This document shows, in pieces, positions 53,485 through 63,130 of a stretch of 64,000 bases of DNA. The number at the start of each line of letters is the position of its first letter. The stretch's first letter is position 1. The position numbers and the translations under genes were made by a program. Origin of the DNA: Candidatus Pampinifervens sinense (GTDB lineage Bacteria > Aquificota > Aquificia > Aquificales > Aquificaceae). Under the pieces are notes generated by a model that saw only the letters and a list, made by a program, of their open reading frames with translations, had not been told where the DNA came from and did not search any database. The DNA is taken from positions 32,001 to 96,000 of the forward strand of contig JAXSPP010000003.1 in the NCBI GenBank assembly GCA_037927135.1. The letters are read 5' to 3'.

Positions 53485-54194
53485 TGATTTTTGGAAGAGT
53501 AAAATCGTATTTTAGAAAAAGAATAATTAATCTCATTGATTTCTATATTAAAGAAGTATTATCTTACGATATTAATTACGAACTACAATTAGATGCACGA
53601 AAAAAAACCGCTGATTATGTGAAAAGACATATGAATAAAGTTAATAGTGTTCAAAGTAGGTGGGAAGTAATTGATGAAGCACTCAAGAAAGTGGCATTGG
53701 ATGGGTTGATTTGTGAGTTTGGAGTAGCTTCCGGAGTTTCCATAAATTATATAGCAAAGAAGGTCTATCCCAAAACGGTTTATGGTTTTGATAGTTTCCA
53801 AGGGCTACCAGAAACTTGGCGAGACGGATTTCCTGTAGGTCATTTTAAGATGGATAATATACCAACAGTTCGTAATAATGTTAAGTTAATAGTAGGTTTG
53901 TTTCATGAGACACTGCCTAAATTTTTAAAGGAAACTGACCTTCCTTTCGCCTTTATACATATAGACTGCGATCTGTATTCTTCTACAAAAACTATATTTG
54001 ACTTAGCATATGACAGGATTATACCTGGCACTGTCATTGTATTTGATGAGTATTTTAATTATCCTGGATGGGAAGAGGGTGAATACAAAGCATTTCAAGA
54101 ATTCATTAGGAAGAGTGGTTTGAGCTATGATTATATAACTTTTAATAGATTACATCAACAGGTTGCTATTATAATAAAAGAGAGGAAGCCATGA
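53481..54194 (+). CDS. Class I SAM methyltransferase, TylF/MycF/NovP-related O-methyltransferase
   Basis: EFGVASG, GFDSFQGLPE, HIDCDLYSST, VFDEY. Confidence 0.85.
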   Translation: MMIFGRVKSYFRKRIINLIDFYIKEVLSYDINYELQLDARKKTADYVKRHMNKVNSVQSRWEVIDEALKKVALDGLICEFGVASGVSINYIAKKVYPKTVYGFDSFQGLPETWRDGFPVGHFKMDNIPTVRNNVKLIVGLFHETLPKFLKETDLPFAFIHIDCDLYSSTKTIFDLAYDRIIPGTVIVFDEYFNYPGWEEGEYKAFQEFIRKSGLSYDYITFNRLHQQVAIIIKERKP

Positions 54195-55510
54195 AAAATA
54201 GGATTTATATTCTCGGAGCAGGAATGACGGGGCTATCTGCTGGTGTTATTTCCGGTATTCCTATTTTTGAAGCTGGAGACTATCCCGGTGGAATATGCTC
54301 TTCCTACTATATGCGTCCGAACAGCAGAAATCGTCTACACGAAAAGCCTGAAGATGGTGAAGTCTACAGATTTGAAATAGGAGGCGGTCATTGGATCTTT
54401 GGTAGTGAGGGCTTAATACAGGAGTTTATTAGAAAATTTGTCTCTTTAAAAAGCTATCAAAGAAGATCTTCTGTATACTTTCCAGATAAAGATTTGTTTG
54501 TTCCCTATCCGATTCAAAATCATTTAAGATACTTAGGAAAGGAAATAACTTCAAAGGCATTATATGAAATAATAGACTCATTGAATAAATCTAAGAATTT
54601 TGCTACACTCTCAGAGTGGCTTGAAGCTAATTTTGGCAAAACTCTTTGTGAATTGTTTTTCTTTCCTTTTCACGAATTGTATACCGCTGGTCTGTATACT
54701 CGTATAGCACCTCAAGATGCATATAAGACCCCTATAAACTTAAAAGATATAATACAAGGTGCATTTTCTGATGTGCCACCCGCAGGGTATAATACGACTT
54801 TTGTTTATCCAGAGGAAGGACTTGATGTTCTTGCCCGTAGAATGGCTGAGAGATGTAATGTTAACTACGGCAAAAAAGTTATCAAGATTGATACTAAGGA
54901 AAAAACATTATACTTTGAAGACGGATCGTATGTTGGATATGATATACTCATATCAACCATACCACTCAATAAGGTTATAGAACTTGCTAATTTGTCTTCA
55001 GAGCTTCAATCTAAATCAGACCCATATACGTCTGTCTTGGTTGTGAATATAGGAGGAAAAAAGGGAGAGAAATGTCCTAAGGATCATTGGATATATATAC
55101 CATATAGCAAGACACGTTTCCATAGGGTAGGTTTTTATAGTAATGTTGATAAGTCATTTGTTCCTAAATCTGTTCAGGATTTAGATACACACGTTAGCAT
55201 ATATGTTGAAAAAGCCTACATGGGTGGAGAAAAACCAAGCGAGGAAGAACTTAATGAACTTGTTAAAGACATCATAGAGGAGCTAATTAGCTGGGGGTGG
55301 ATAAATGAGGTAGAAGTAGTAGACCCTACATGGATAGATGTAGCCTATACATGGTCATGGGTAGGTTCAAACTGGAAGACTGAAGCTATAAAACTCCTTG
55401 AAACGTATGGCATTTACCAAGTAGGTCGTTATGGAAGGTGGCATTTTCAGGGCATAGCTGATTCTATTAAAGAAGGATTTATTGCTGGTTCGGTTTTTAG
55501 AGTGAGGTGA
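54191..55510 (+). CDS. FAD-dependent oxidoreductase, UDP-galactopyranose mutase-like
   Basis: ILGAGMTGL Rossmann motif, GGHWIF, VPYPIQN, WIYIP, RVGFYSN, GRYGRW. Confidence 0.7.
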   Translation: MKNRIYILGAGMTGLSAGVISGIPIFEAGDYPGGICSSYYMRPNSRNRLHEKPEDGEVYRFEIGGGHWIFGSEGLIQEFIRKFVSLKSYQRRSSVYFPDKDLFVPYPIQNHLRYLGKEITSKALYEIIDSLNKSKNFATLSEWLEANFGKTLCELFFFPFHELYTAGLYTRIAPQDAYKTPINLKDIIQGAFSDVPPAGYNTTFVYPEEGLDVLARRMAERCNVNYGKKVIKIDTKEKTLYFEDGSYVGYDILISTIPLNKVIELANLSSELQSKSDPYTSVLVVNIGGKKGEKCPKDHWIYIPYSKTRFHRVGFYSNVDKSFVPKSVQDLDTHVSIYVEKAYMGGEKPSEEELNELVKDIIEELISWGWINEVEVVDPTWIDVAYTWSWVGSNWKTEAIKLLETYGIYQVGRYGRWHFQGIADSIKEGFIAGSVFRVR

Positions 55511-55517
55511 ATGTATT

Positions 55518-56480
55518 ATGAAAATTTGTGCTATAGTAGTTACCTATAACCGCAAAAAGTTATTAATTGAATGCTTAAAGGGTATACTAAAGCAGACAAG
55601 ACCTGTTGACGCTATTTATATAATAGACAATGCTTCTACAGATGGTACTCCTGAGCTCCTTTTAAAAGAAGGATATATAAGAGAATTACCTCCTGCAAAT
55701 ATATCTGAACCATGGGAGCATGAACATGAACTGGAGAATCATGTTAATGGCGAGCCTATTAAATTGTTTTATGTGAGAATGCATGAAAATACAGGTGGGG
55801 CTGGAGGATTCCATGAAGGTCTGAAAAGAGCATACGAAAAGGGATATGACTGGTTTTGGTTGATGGATGATGATGTTGAACCATTGGAACATGCTCTTGA
55901 AACCCAATTAAGATATAAGGACATATCTGAGTGTATCCATCCATCTAAGGTTTACTTAGATGGAAGTAGGTTTTTATGGGAAGGTCAAATATGTGAACAA
56001 ACCGGTTTTGAAGTATTTTTTGGTGATGAATTTTTAAAGAATAAAGAATGGACTACAGTTAATTTTGGATGTTTCGAGGGAATGCTTATAAGCAGAAATG
56101 TTGTTGCAAAGATTCCTTATCCAGATAAAAGATTATTTACTATAGGTGATGATACATATTATGGATACTTGGCATCTAAACATACGAACAACATCTATAT
56201 AAATTCGGTATGCTTTATCAAGAAAATAGATAGAAGACTCGCTACACATTCTAGACTTAGTTTTTATTTGTATGGGAGGAATATAGTCGGATATGTTGCT
56301 AGAAAGATAGCTAGAGACAAATTTGCATATTTGTTAGTCGCAACTTATAAATTGCTTAGACACTCTATGGGTATATTGATTAAAAGGAAGGGGCTTATAA
56401 AAGTATACGATTTATGGAGAGGTTATATAGACGGGCTTTTGGAAAGATGGGGTAGGGAAAGAGAATACTTTAAGAGATAA
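55518..56480 (+). CDS. Glycosyltransferase family 2 (GlfT1/WbbL-like)
   Basis: VVTYNR, IDNASTDGT, NTGGAGGFHEG, WLMDDD, FEGMLI, GDD. Confidence 0.88.
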   Translation: MKICAIVVTYNRKKLLIECLKGILKQTRPVDAIYIIDNASTDGTPELLLKEGYIRELPPANISEPWEHEHELENHVNGEPIKLFYVRMHENTGGAGGFHEGLKRAYEKGYDWFWLMDDDVEPLEHALETQLRYKDISECIHPSKVYLDGSRFLWEGQICEQTGFEVFFGDEFLKNKEWTTVNFGCFEGMLISRNVVAKIPYPDKRLFTIGDDTYYGYLASKHTNNIYINSVCFIKKIDRRLATHSRLSFYLYGRNIVGYVARKIARDKFAYLLVATYKLLRHSMGILIKRKGLIKVYDLWRGYIDGLLERWGREREYFKR

Positions 56481-56514
56481 AATGAGAGATAAAATAAATA
56501 GCGTGAGGTGAAAT

Positions 56515-57768
56515 ATGGGAAGCTTTAAAGCTATATTTATTCCATCAATTGGAACAGGTGGTGCGGAAAGGGTGGCAGTTAACTTGATGAAGAAGCTAAA
56601 CTTTGACTATTTAATTCTATTGGATGATACACACATAGCTTATCCCATTCCCTTGCCTAAGGAAAGAATAATATCCATTAAATCACCTGCATCTCAAAGT
56701 TTGATAAAAAAATTTATTAACCTGCCTATAAGGTATTTTAGACTAAAAAGGGTTAAATCTAAATACAAAATCACAACATGTTTAAGCCTACTTGAACCTG
56801 CAAATTTTTTGAATGTTATAACAAAAGGTAAAGATAAAGTTATCCTATCCTTTCGCGCCCATTATTCACAACAGTTTTCAGAGGATCCTTTTTTAGGTAA
56901 TGGTTTAAGAAGAGTTATTATAAAGTTTTTTTATAGAATTATGTTTAAAACCATGTATAACAAAAGCGATATCATGGTAGCCATATCAAAAGCAGTAAAG
57001 AAAGACCTAATAGAAAACTTTGGATTATCTGAGGATAAATTAGTAGTCATTTACAATCCCATATTTGTAGATGAACTTAAGGAGCTTTCCAGAGAGCCTT
57101 TAGGAGAATATGAAACCATTTTCAACTATCCAGTTTTAATAACTGCTGGAAGACTAACCAAACAAAAAGGTCAGTGGTATCTGTTAAGAATATTCAAGGA
57201 ACTAAAAAAGGAATTTCCAGAGCTAAAACTCCTCATTCTTGGAGAGGGGGAGTTAAAGGAATATCTAACTGGTCTTTCAAAGGACTTAGGGCTAAAGACC
57301 TATGTATGGGACAAAGACCAAGTGTCTGAGAGTTTTGATGTTTATTTCCTTGGTTTCCAGAAAAATCCCTTTAAGTTTATAGCAAGGTCAAAGCTATTTG
57401 TTTTTCCATCTTTTTTTGAAGGTTTTCCAAATGCTTTGGCAGAATCCATGGCTTGTGGGACTGCGGTAGTTTCTGCTGACTGTAGGTCTGGACCAAGGGA
57501 GATATTAGCACCAAATACGGACTTTGAATACCAAACCAAGGAGCCAGAGTATGCGGAGTATGGCGTTCTTATGCCTGTTTTTGAGGTAAAATATAAGAGG
57601 GCTGATGAGCCTTTGGATGAGATAGAAAGGATATGGGTGGAAACTTTGAAAGAGTTGCTAAGGAGGGAGGAGTTAATAGAGTTGTATAGACATAAAGCTT
57701 TGCAAAGGGCAAGGGATTTTGATATAGAGAAGATAGTTGAGGAGTGGAAAAATATTTTGGGAAAATAA
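56515..57768 (+). CDS. Glycosyltransferase family 4 (WabH/PglJ-like)
   Basis: GGAERV, IYNP, GRLTKQKG, EGFPNALAESMACG. Confidence 0.9.
   Translation: MGSFKAIFIPSIGTGGAERVAVNLMKKLNFDYLILLDDTHIAYPIPLPKERIISIKSPASQSLIKKFINLPIRYFRLKRVKSKYKITTCLSLLEPANFLNVITKGKDKVILSFRAHYSQQFSEDPFLGNGLRRVIIKFFYRIMFKTMYNKSDIMVAISKAVKKDLIENFGLSEDKLVVIYNPIFVDELKELSREPLGEYETIFNYPVLITAGRLTKQKGQWYLLRIFKELKKEFPELKLLILGEGELKEYLTGLSKDLGLKTYVWDKDQVSESFDVYFLGFQKNPFKFIARSKLFVFPSFFEGFPNALAESMACGTAVVSADCRSGPREILAPNTDFEYQTKEPEYAEYGVLMPVFEVKYKRADEPLDEIERIWVETLKELLRREELIELYRHKALQRARDFDIEKIVEEWKNILGK
57037..57735 (+). repeat. Copy 1 of ~700 bp direct repeat (GT4 C-terminal domain)
   Basis: Matches 58247-58945 at offset 1210, with about 10 mismatches counted by eye. 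Confidence 0.95.
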
Positions 57769-57775
57769 ATACGAT

Positions 57776-58981
57776 ATGGATATTTACTTCCTTCTCAACT
57801 CTCTTGCGGGTGGTGGTGCAGAAAGGGTAGCGGTAAACCTTTCTAAAATATTGCCAGTAAAAAGGCTCTTGCTATTGGAAAGAGAGATAAAATACGAAAT
57901 TCCAGAGGAGAAGATAGTTTTTCTTTCAAGCCATACAACCAAAACAAACCCAATACTAAAGACCTTTTACATACCTCTATATGCTAAGAGCTTGTCTCAA
58001 AGATTAGAAAAAAATTCCCTTGTAATCTCTTTCTTAGAGAGAGCTAACTATGTAAACATATTAGCAAAGCCATACTCAAAACACAGGGCTTTTATTTCCA
58101 TCCGTATGTCGCAATTGACAGGAAGAAAAAGACATCATCCATATAACCTTCTATCTAAACTTCTTTATCCCAAAGCAGACATGGTTATATGCATATCAAA
58201 AGGCATAGCTGAAGAGCTTAAAACCCATTATAAAGTTCCTGAAGACAAATTAGTAGTCATTTACAATCCCATATTTGTAGATGAACTTAAGGAGCTTTCC
58301 AGAGAGCCTTTAGGAGAATATGAAACCATTTTCAACTATCCAGTTTTAATAACTGCTGGAAGACTAACCAAACAAAAAGGTCAGTGGTATCTGTTAAGGA
58401 TATTCAAGGAACTAAAGAAGGAATTTCCAGAGCTAAAACTCCTCATTCTTGGAGAGGGGGAGCTAAAGGAATATCTAACTGGTCTTTCAAAGGACTTAGG
58501 GCTAAAGACCTATGTATGGGACAAAGACCAAGTGTCTGAGAGTTTTGATGTTTATTTCCTTGGTTTCCAGAAAAATCCCTTTAAGTTTATAGCAAGGTCA
58601 AAGCTATTTGTTTTTCCATCTTTTTTTGAAGGTTTTCCAAATGCTTTGGCAGAATCCATGGCTTGTGGGACTGCGGTAGTTTCTGCTGACTGTAGGTCTG
58701 GACCAAGGGAGATATTAGCACCAAATACGGACTTTGAATACCAAACCAAAGAGCCAGAATATGCGGAGTATGGCGTTCTTATGCCTGTCTTTGAGGTAAA
58801 ATTTAAGAGGGCTGATGAGCCTTTGGATGAGATAGAAAGGATATGGGTGGAAACTTTGAAAGAGTTGCTAAGGAGGGAGGAGTTAATAGAAATGTATAGA
58901 CATAAAGCTTTGCAAAGAGCAAGGGATTTTGATATAGAGAAGATAACAGATTTATGGGCACGGATAATACAATTTTGTTGA
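57776..58981 (+). CDS. Glycosyltransferase family 4 (WabH/PglJ-like)
   Basis: NSLAGGGAERV; C-terminal half nearly identical to the upstream GT4. Start at ATG 57776. Confidence 0.9.
   Translation: MDIYFLLNSLAGGGAERVAVNLSKILPVKRLLLLEREIKYEIPEEKIVFLSSHTTKTNPILKTFYIPLYAKSLSQRLEKNSLVISFLERANYVNILAKPYSKHRAFISIRMSQLTGRKRHHPYNLLSKLLYPKADMVICISKGIAEELKTHYKVPEDKLVVIYNPIFVDELKELSREPLGEYETIFNYPVLITAGRLTKQKGQWYLLRIFKELKKEFPELKLLILGEGELKEYLTGLSKDLGLKTYVWDKDQVSESFDVYFLGFQKNPFKFIARSKLFVFPSFFEGFPNALAESMACGTAVVSADCRSGPREILAPNTDFEYQTKEPEYAEYGVLMPVFEVKFKRADEPLDEIERIWVETLKELLRREELIEMYRHKALQRARDFDIEKITDLWARIIQFC
58247..58945 (+). repeat. Copy 2 of ~700 bp direct repeat
   Basis: Matches 57037-57735. Confidence 0.95.
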
Positions 58982-59010
58982 ATAGCAACAATACTTGGAG
59001 GTGATAGAAT

Positions 59011-59877
59011 ATGAAAATGTTTTGGTTTGGGAGAAATTGGAAAAACTATGTAAAAAGAGTTGTAAATGAAAGAGTAATAGAGGAGGCTAAGAATTCGCTC
59101 TTAAAATATGTTCCCAACAACACAAACGCTTTTGAGTTCTATAGGGATAAGGTCTTTATAGATGTAGGATGTGGAAGTGGACTATTTTCGCTTGCTGCCT
59201 GCTTATTGGGATGTAAGGAAGTTATAAGTTTTGATATTCAAGAAGAAAGTTTGGAAGCACTGAATATTTTAAGAGAGAAATATTCATATATGATACCTGG
59301 CGAGGTAAAGTGGAAAGCTTTTGTAGGCGACATATTAGATGATGATTTAGTTAAGAGTTTATACGAAAAGGGAGATATAGTGTATTCATGGGGTGTTTTA
59401 CACCACACAGGAGATATGTATAAGGCTATAAGTAATGTAAGTAAACTAGTTAAAAAAGATGGATTTTTGATAATAGCAATATATAATCATAGTAGAAGCT
59501 CAGTTTACTGGGGAAAAATTAAAGAATTTTATAACCAACACAGGCTTCTTCAACCTATCCTTGGACTAATATATGGGTCATATGTCTCTTTAGGATATGC
59601 TCTAAGAAGAAAAACTTTGAATTTATACAGAGAGAGAGGAATGCATGTGTTTTATGACGCTATTGATTGGATAGGAGGCTATCCTTATGAATACGCTTGT
59701 TTTGAAGAAATAAAAAACTTTGTTGAAAATCTTGGATTTTCTTTGATAAAAGCACCAACTCAACTTCCATGTGAGAAAAACTATAAGTTTAATTCCTTTT
59801 TTCATAAAATTTTTAGCATTTTAAGAACTGCAAATTCCGGTTGTAATGAATTCGTATTCAAAAAATGTGTAGAATAG
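59011..59877 (+). CDS. Class I SAM-dependent methyltransferase
   Basis: FGRNW, IDVGCGSGLFS, YSWGVLHHTG, DWIGGYPYE. Confidence 0.88.
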   Translation: MKMFWFGRNWKNYVKRVVNERVIEEAKNSLLKYVPNNTNAFEFYRDKVFIDVGCGSGLFSLAACLLGCKEVISFDIQEESLEALNILREKYSYMIPGEVKWKAFVGDILDDDLVKSLYEKGDIVYSWGVLHHTGDMYKAISNVSKLVKKDGFLIIAIYNHSRSSVYWGKIKEFYNQHRLLQPILGLIYGSYVSLGYALRRKTLNLYRERGMHVFYDAIDWIGGYPYEYACFEEIKNFVENLGFSLIKAPTQLPCEKNYKFNSFFHKIFSILRTANSGCNEFVFKKCVE

Positions 59878-61778
59878 CAGGCTTTTGGGATTTTAACTTC
59901 AATGACCAATACAACCTTGAGAAGACTGCCATAAGGATGAGAGACTCTCTATCTCATGGTGGTCCAGATGATGCTGGACTATATGTGGACTTGTCTTTGG
60001 GGCTTGCTTTAAGCCACAGGAGGCTTTCTATCTTAGACCTTTCTCCTCTTGGGCATCAGCCTATGGAGTTTGAAAACTTGGTTATAACCTACAATGGAGA
60101 AGTCTATAACTTTCAGGAAATAAGGAAAGAGCTTGAAAGGGAAGGTTATAGCTTTGTATCTAACTCCGATACAGAGGTTATCCTAAAGGCTTTTCATAGG
60201 TGGGGCTTTGATGCGGTTTACAGGTTTAGAGGTATGTTTGCCTTTGCTATCTTTGATAAGGCGAACAAAAGGCTAATTTTGTGTAGAGATAGAATAGGTG
60301 TAAAGCCTCTTTATTACTACTACAAAGATGGGCTTTTTATGTTTGCCTCAGAGCTTAAGGCTTTTCACTTTCATCCCAAGTTTCAAAAGGAGCTTGAGCC
60401 ATCCGCTTTAGCCTTGTTTCTCCAGTATGGATATATAACCTCTCCATACAGCATATTTAAGTATACCTATAAGTTAGAGCCAGGTCATTTTCTTGTTCTA
60501 AACTCCAAAGGTGAGGTATCCTTGCAAAAGTATTGGGATATAGAGGAGTATTTTAGGAAAGGGGAATTTTCTGACCTTTCTGAAGAGGAAATAGCCCAGA
60601 GGCTTGAGGAGCTTTTGATTGAGAGCTTTAAACTTAGGCTTGTCTCTGATGTGCCAGTGGGGCTTTTCCTAAGTGGTGGCATAGATAGTTCCACTGTTTG
60701 TGCCCTTTTGCAAAGGCAAGTGAGCAAGCCCTTAAAGACCTTTACCATAGGTTTTTATGAAAAAGACTATAACGAAGCGGAATATGCCAAAAAGATAGCC
60801 CAATATCTTGGCACAGACCACACAGAGCTTTATTGCACGCCAAAGGAGGCTTTTGAGATAATTCCTAAGCTACCTGAAATTTACGATGAACCCTTTGGAG
60901 ATTCCTCTGCCATACCTACATACCTTGTGTCTCAATTGGCAAGAAGTCAAGTCAAAGTTAGCCTATCTGCGGACGGTGGAGATGAGCAGTTTTGTGGGTA
61001 TACAAGATACTGGATAGTGGGAGAGAGAATAAAAAGATTGGAAAAACTACCTATGCTGGGTCTTTTTAGTCAAGTTTTGAAACTTATAAATCCAGACTTA
61101 GCGGTAAGTCTTTATAAGCTGTTTAGCCCTGTTCTTCCTAAATGGACTAATTTTAGGGACAAGTTTATAAAACTAAGGAATGTATTAAGTGCAAAGTCCT
61201 CGCAAGAGCAGTATGATATTGCAAACAAGTATTTTCTCACAGAAGACCTCAAAAGTCTTGGCTTAGAAACCATAATAGAAAGCCAAACCTTTAGGATAAA
61301 CTCATCCACTATGTTAGAACCTATGAAATACATGATGCTTTATGACCTAAAGACCTACCTACCTGATGATATACTGGTAAAAGTAGACAGAGCTACCATG
61401 AGTGTATCCCTTGAGGGAAGAGAGCCTTTTTTAGACCACAAAGTAGTAGAGTTTACTTCCAGAATACCAGTGAGCCTGAAATACAAAGATGGTATGAGTA
61501 AATACATATTGAGAAAAATATTATACAAGTATGTGCCAAGGGAACTAATAGACCGTCCTAAAATGGGATTTGGTGTGCCTATATACGAGTGGTTTAAGGG
61601 AGAACTCAAGGGTTTATACTTAGAGTATCTATCAAAGGAAAGAATTAAAAAGGAAGGTATATTTAATTCAGAGGAAGTGGACAAACTTCTAAGGTGGTAT
61701 TTAGAAAACAAGGGTGTTAACCATAATAAGCTATGGTTTTTGTTTATATTTCAGCTTTGGAGGGAGAGATGGCTATAG
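59865..61778 (+). CDS. asnB: Asparagine synthase (glutamine-hydrolysing)-family amidotransferase, probably sugar-amidating
   Basis: N-terminal Cys2, HRRLSILDLS, YNGEVYN, LSGGIDSS, EPFGDSS, KVDRATMSVSLEGREPFLD. Confidence 0.9.
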   Translation: MCRIAGFWDFNFNDQYNLEKTAIRMRDSLSHGGPDDAGLYVDLSLGLALSHRRLSILDLSPLGHQPMEFENLVITYNGEVYNFQEIRKELEREGYSFVSNSDTEVILKAFHRWGFDAVYRFRGMFAFAIFDKANKRLILCRDRIGVKPLYYYYKDGLFMFASELKAFHFHPKFQKELEPSALALFLQYGYITSPYSIFKYTYKLEPGHFLVLNSKGEVSLQKYWDIEEYFRKGEFSDLSEEEIAQRLEELLIESFKLRLVSDVPVGLFLSGGIDSSTVCALLQRQVSKPLKTFTIGFYEKDYNEAEYAKKIAQYLGTDHTELYCTPKEAFEIIPKLPEIYDEPFGDSSAIPTYLVSQLARSQVKVSLSADGGDEQFCGYTRYWIVGERIKRLEKLPMLGLFSQVLKLINPDLAVSLYKLFSPVLPKWTNFRDKFIKLRNVLSAKSSQEQYDIANKYFLTEDLKSLGLETIIESQTFRINSSTMLEPMKYMMLYDLKTYLPDDILVKVDRATMSVSLEGREPFLDHKVVEFTSRIPVSLKYKDGMSKYILRKILYKYVPRELIDRPKMGFGVPIYEWFKGELKGLYLEYLSKERIKKEGIFNSEEVDKLLRWYLENKGVNHNKLWFLFIFQLWRERWL

Positions 61779-63130
61779 AGGAGAAACGTTTAATGTATAT
61801 TTTTCCGATTTTAGTTTTTATGTATGTTATATTAATAGGTCTTTTTGTGCAGACCATATTACTTCCCTATCTCATTCCATCAGCACACTATGGCGAAGGT
61901 ATTCTAAATGGCACGGACACTATATATTTTCATGAAGAATCAAAAAAGTTAGCCAAAGAGATAAGTTTATACGGTTGGTCAAGGTGGAGTCTAAAGCCAG
62001 AAGGTCAGATAATGATAGGCATAACTTCTCTTATTTATGCTTTGACCGGTATCTATAAGCCATATGTTATGCTGTTTTATAACGCACTTCTGCACTCTCT
62101 ATCCGCTTTATTTCTCATTAAACTTCTTACTAATTACGGAATAAGCATAAAGTATGCTATATTTGGTAGCCTTCCTTTAGTATTTTTTCCATCAAACCTA
62201 ATGTGGACTTCACAAATTCATAGAGATGGTCTATACGTTCTTGGATTACTTGCTTTTTTCTTATCTATAAGCTATATACACAAGAAAGGTTATAAAACCT
62301 TATTTTATTCTCTGTTTTTACAAGCACTCGGTCTTTTTCTTATATACCTTGCAAGGGAGCATATGATATTGCCCTTTAAATATGTATTCTCCTTTCTTTT
62401 TGTGGTTTCTTTGTTATTTTTAGCCTTAAAGTTTGTTAGATTGCTTAAGGAAAACCTATTGGTGGAAAAACAAGTCCTAAGTAGATTTACTGTTTTGGCT
62501 TTTGCAGTGGTTATAGTCTCCAGCATTTTAGCACCACAAACACAAACACAAACACAAACACAAACACAAACACAAACACAAACACAAACACAAACACAAA
62601 CACAAACACAAACACAAACACAAATTAAGTGGGAAAAAGAGATTTTTGTTCCAGAGAAGATAGATAAAATACTCTACAATATAGCAGTTTGGAGGTATAT
62701 GTTCTTAAATGTATATTTCAAAGATGCCAAGGGAAATATAGAACAGGATTTTATTCCGCAAAAGGCTTCTGACTTCCTGCTTTATCTTCCAAGAGGACTT
62801 TATGTGGGGCTATTTTATCCTACTCCTGAATTCTGGTTTAAGGAAGGCGGAACAACAGGTGGAACCGTAGCAAGGGCTATTATTCCCTTTGAGACAGTAG
62901 TAGTTTGGATAGGTATAATAGGCTTTGTGTTTGCTTTTTATAATCTACCGAACAGATTTAGCATATTCATAATTTTGTTACTATGTCTAATGTTTATATA
63001 TTTGCATGTTATTACTGAACCTAACTTAGGACCCATAGTAAGAAAAAGGTATGTCTATATTAGCACATTGATTGGTTTTTCTTATTCATACCTAATCTGG
63101 AGGCTATCACTTTGGCTAAAAAGAGCATAG
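61769..63130 (+). CDS. Polytopic membrane protein of glycan locus (Wzy polymerase/GT-C-like) with a (QT)14 tract
   Basis: About 10 TM helices, DTIYFH, HRDG, NLGPIVRKR. Located between asnB and a GT4. Confidence 0.6.
   Translation: MAIEEKRLMYIFPILVFMYVILIGLFVQTILLPYLIPSAHYGEGILNGTDTIYFHEESKKLAKEISLYGWSRWSLKPEGQIMIGITSLIYALTGIYKPYVMLFYNALLHSLSALFLIKLLTNYGISIKYAIFGSLPLVFFPSNLMWTSQIHRDGLYVLGLLAFFLSISYIHKKGYKTLFYSLFLQALGLFLIYLAREHMILPFKYVFSFLFVVSLLFLALKFVRLLKENLLVEKQVLSRFTVLAFAVVIVSSILAPQTQTQTQTQTQTQTQTQTQTQTQTQTQTQIKWEKEIFVPEKIDKILYNIAVWRYMFLNVYFKDAKGNIEQDFIPQKASDFLLYLPRGLYVGLFYPTPEFWFKEGGTTGGTVARAIIPFETVVVWIGIIGFVFAFYNLPNRFSIFIILLLCLMFIYLHVITEPNLGPIVRKRYVYISTLIGFSYSYLIWRLSLWLKRA
62535..62624 (+). 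repeat. Perfect hexanucleotide tandem repeat (CACAAA)15, in frame
   Basis: Read directly from the sequence; encodes QTQT...Q. Confidence 0.97.

Noticed and set aside
56473-56495. Short direct repeat AGAGATAAAAT twice at the GT2 stop
   Set aside because: Could be a junction scar, but 11 bp of AT-rich sequence is too weak to support a claim.
62535-62624. Repeat as a possible CRISPR array
   Set aside because: No spacers and no cas genes; it is a coding microsatellite.
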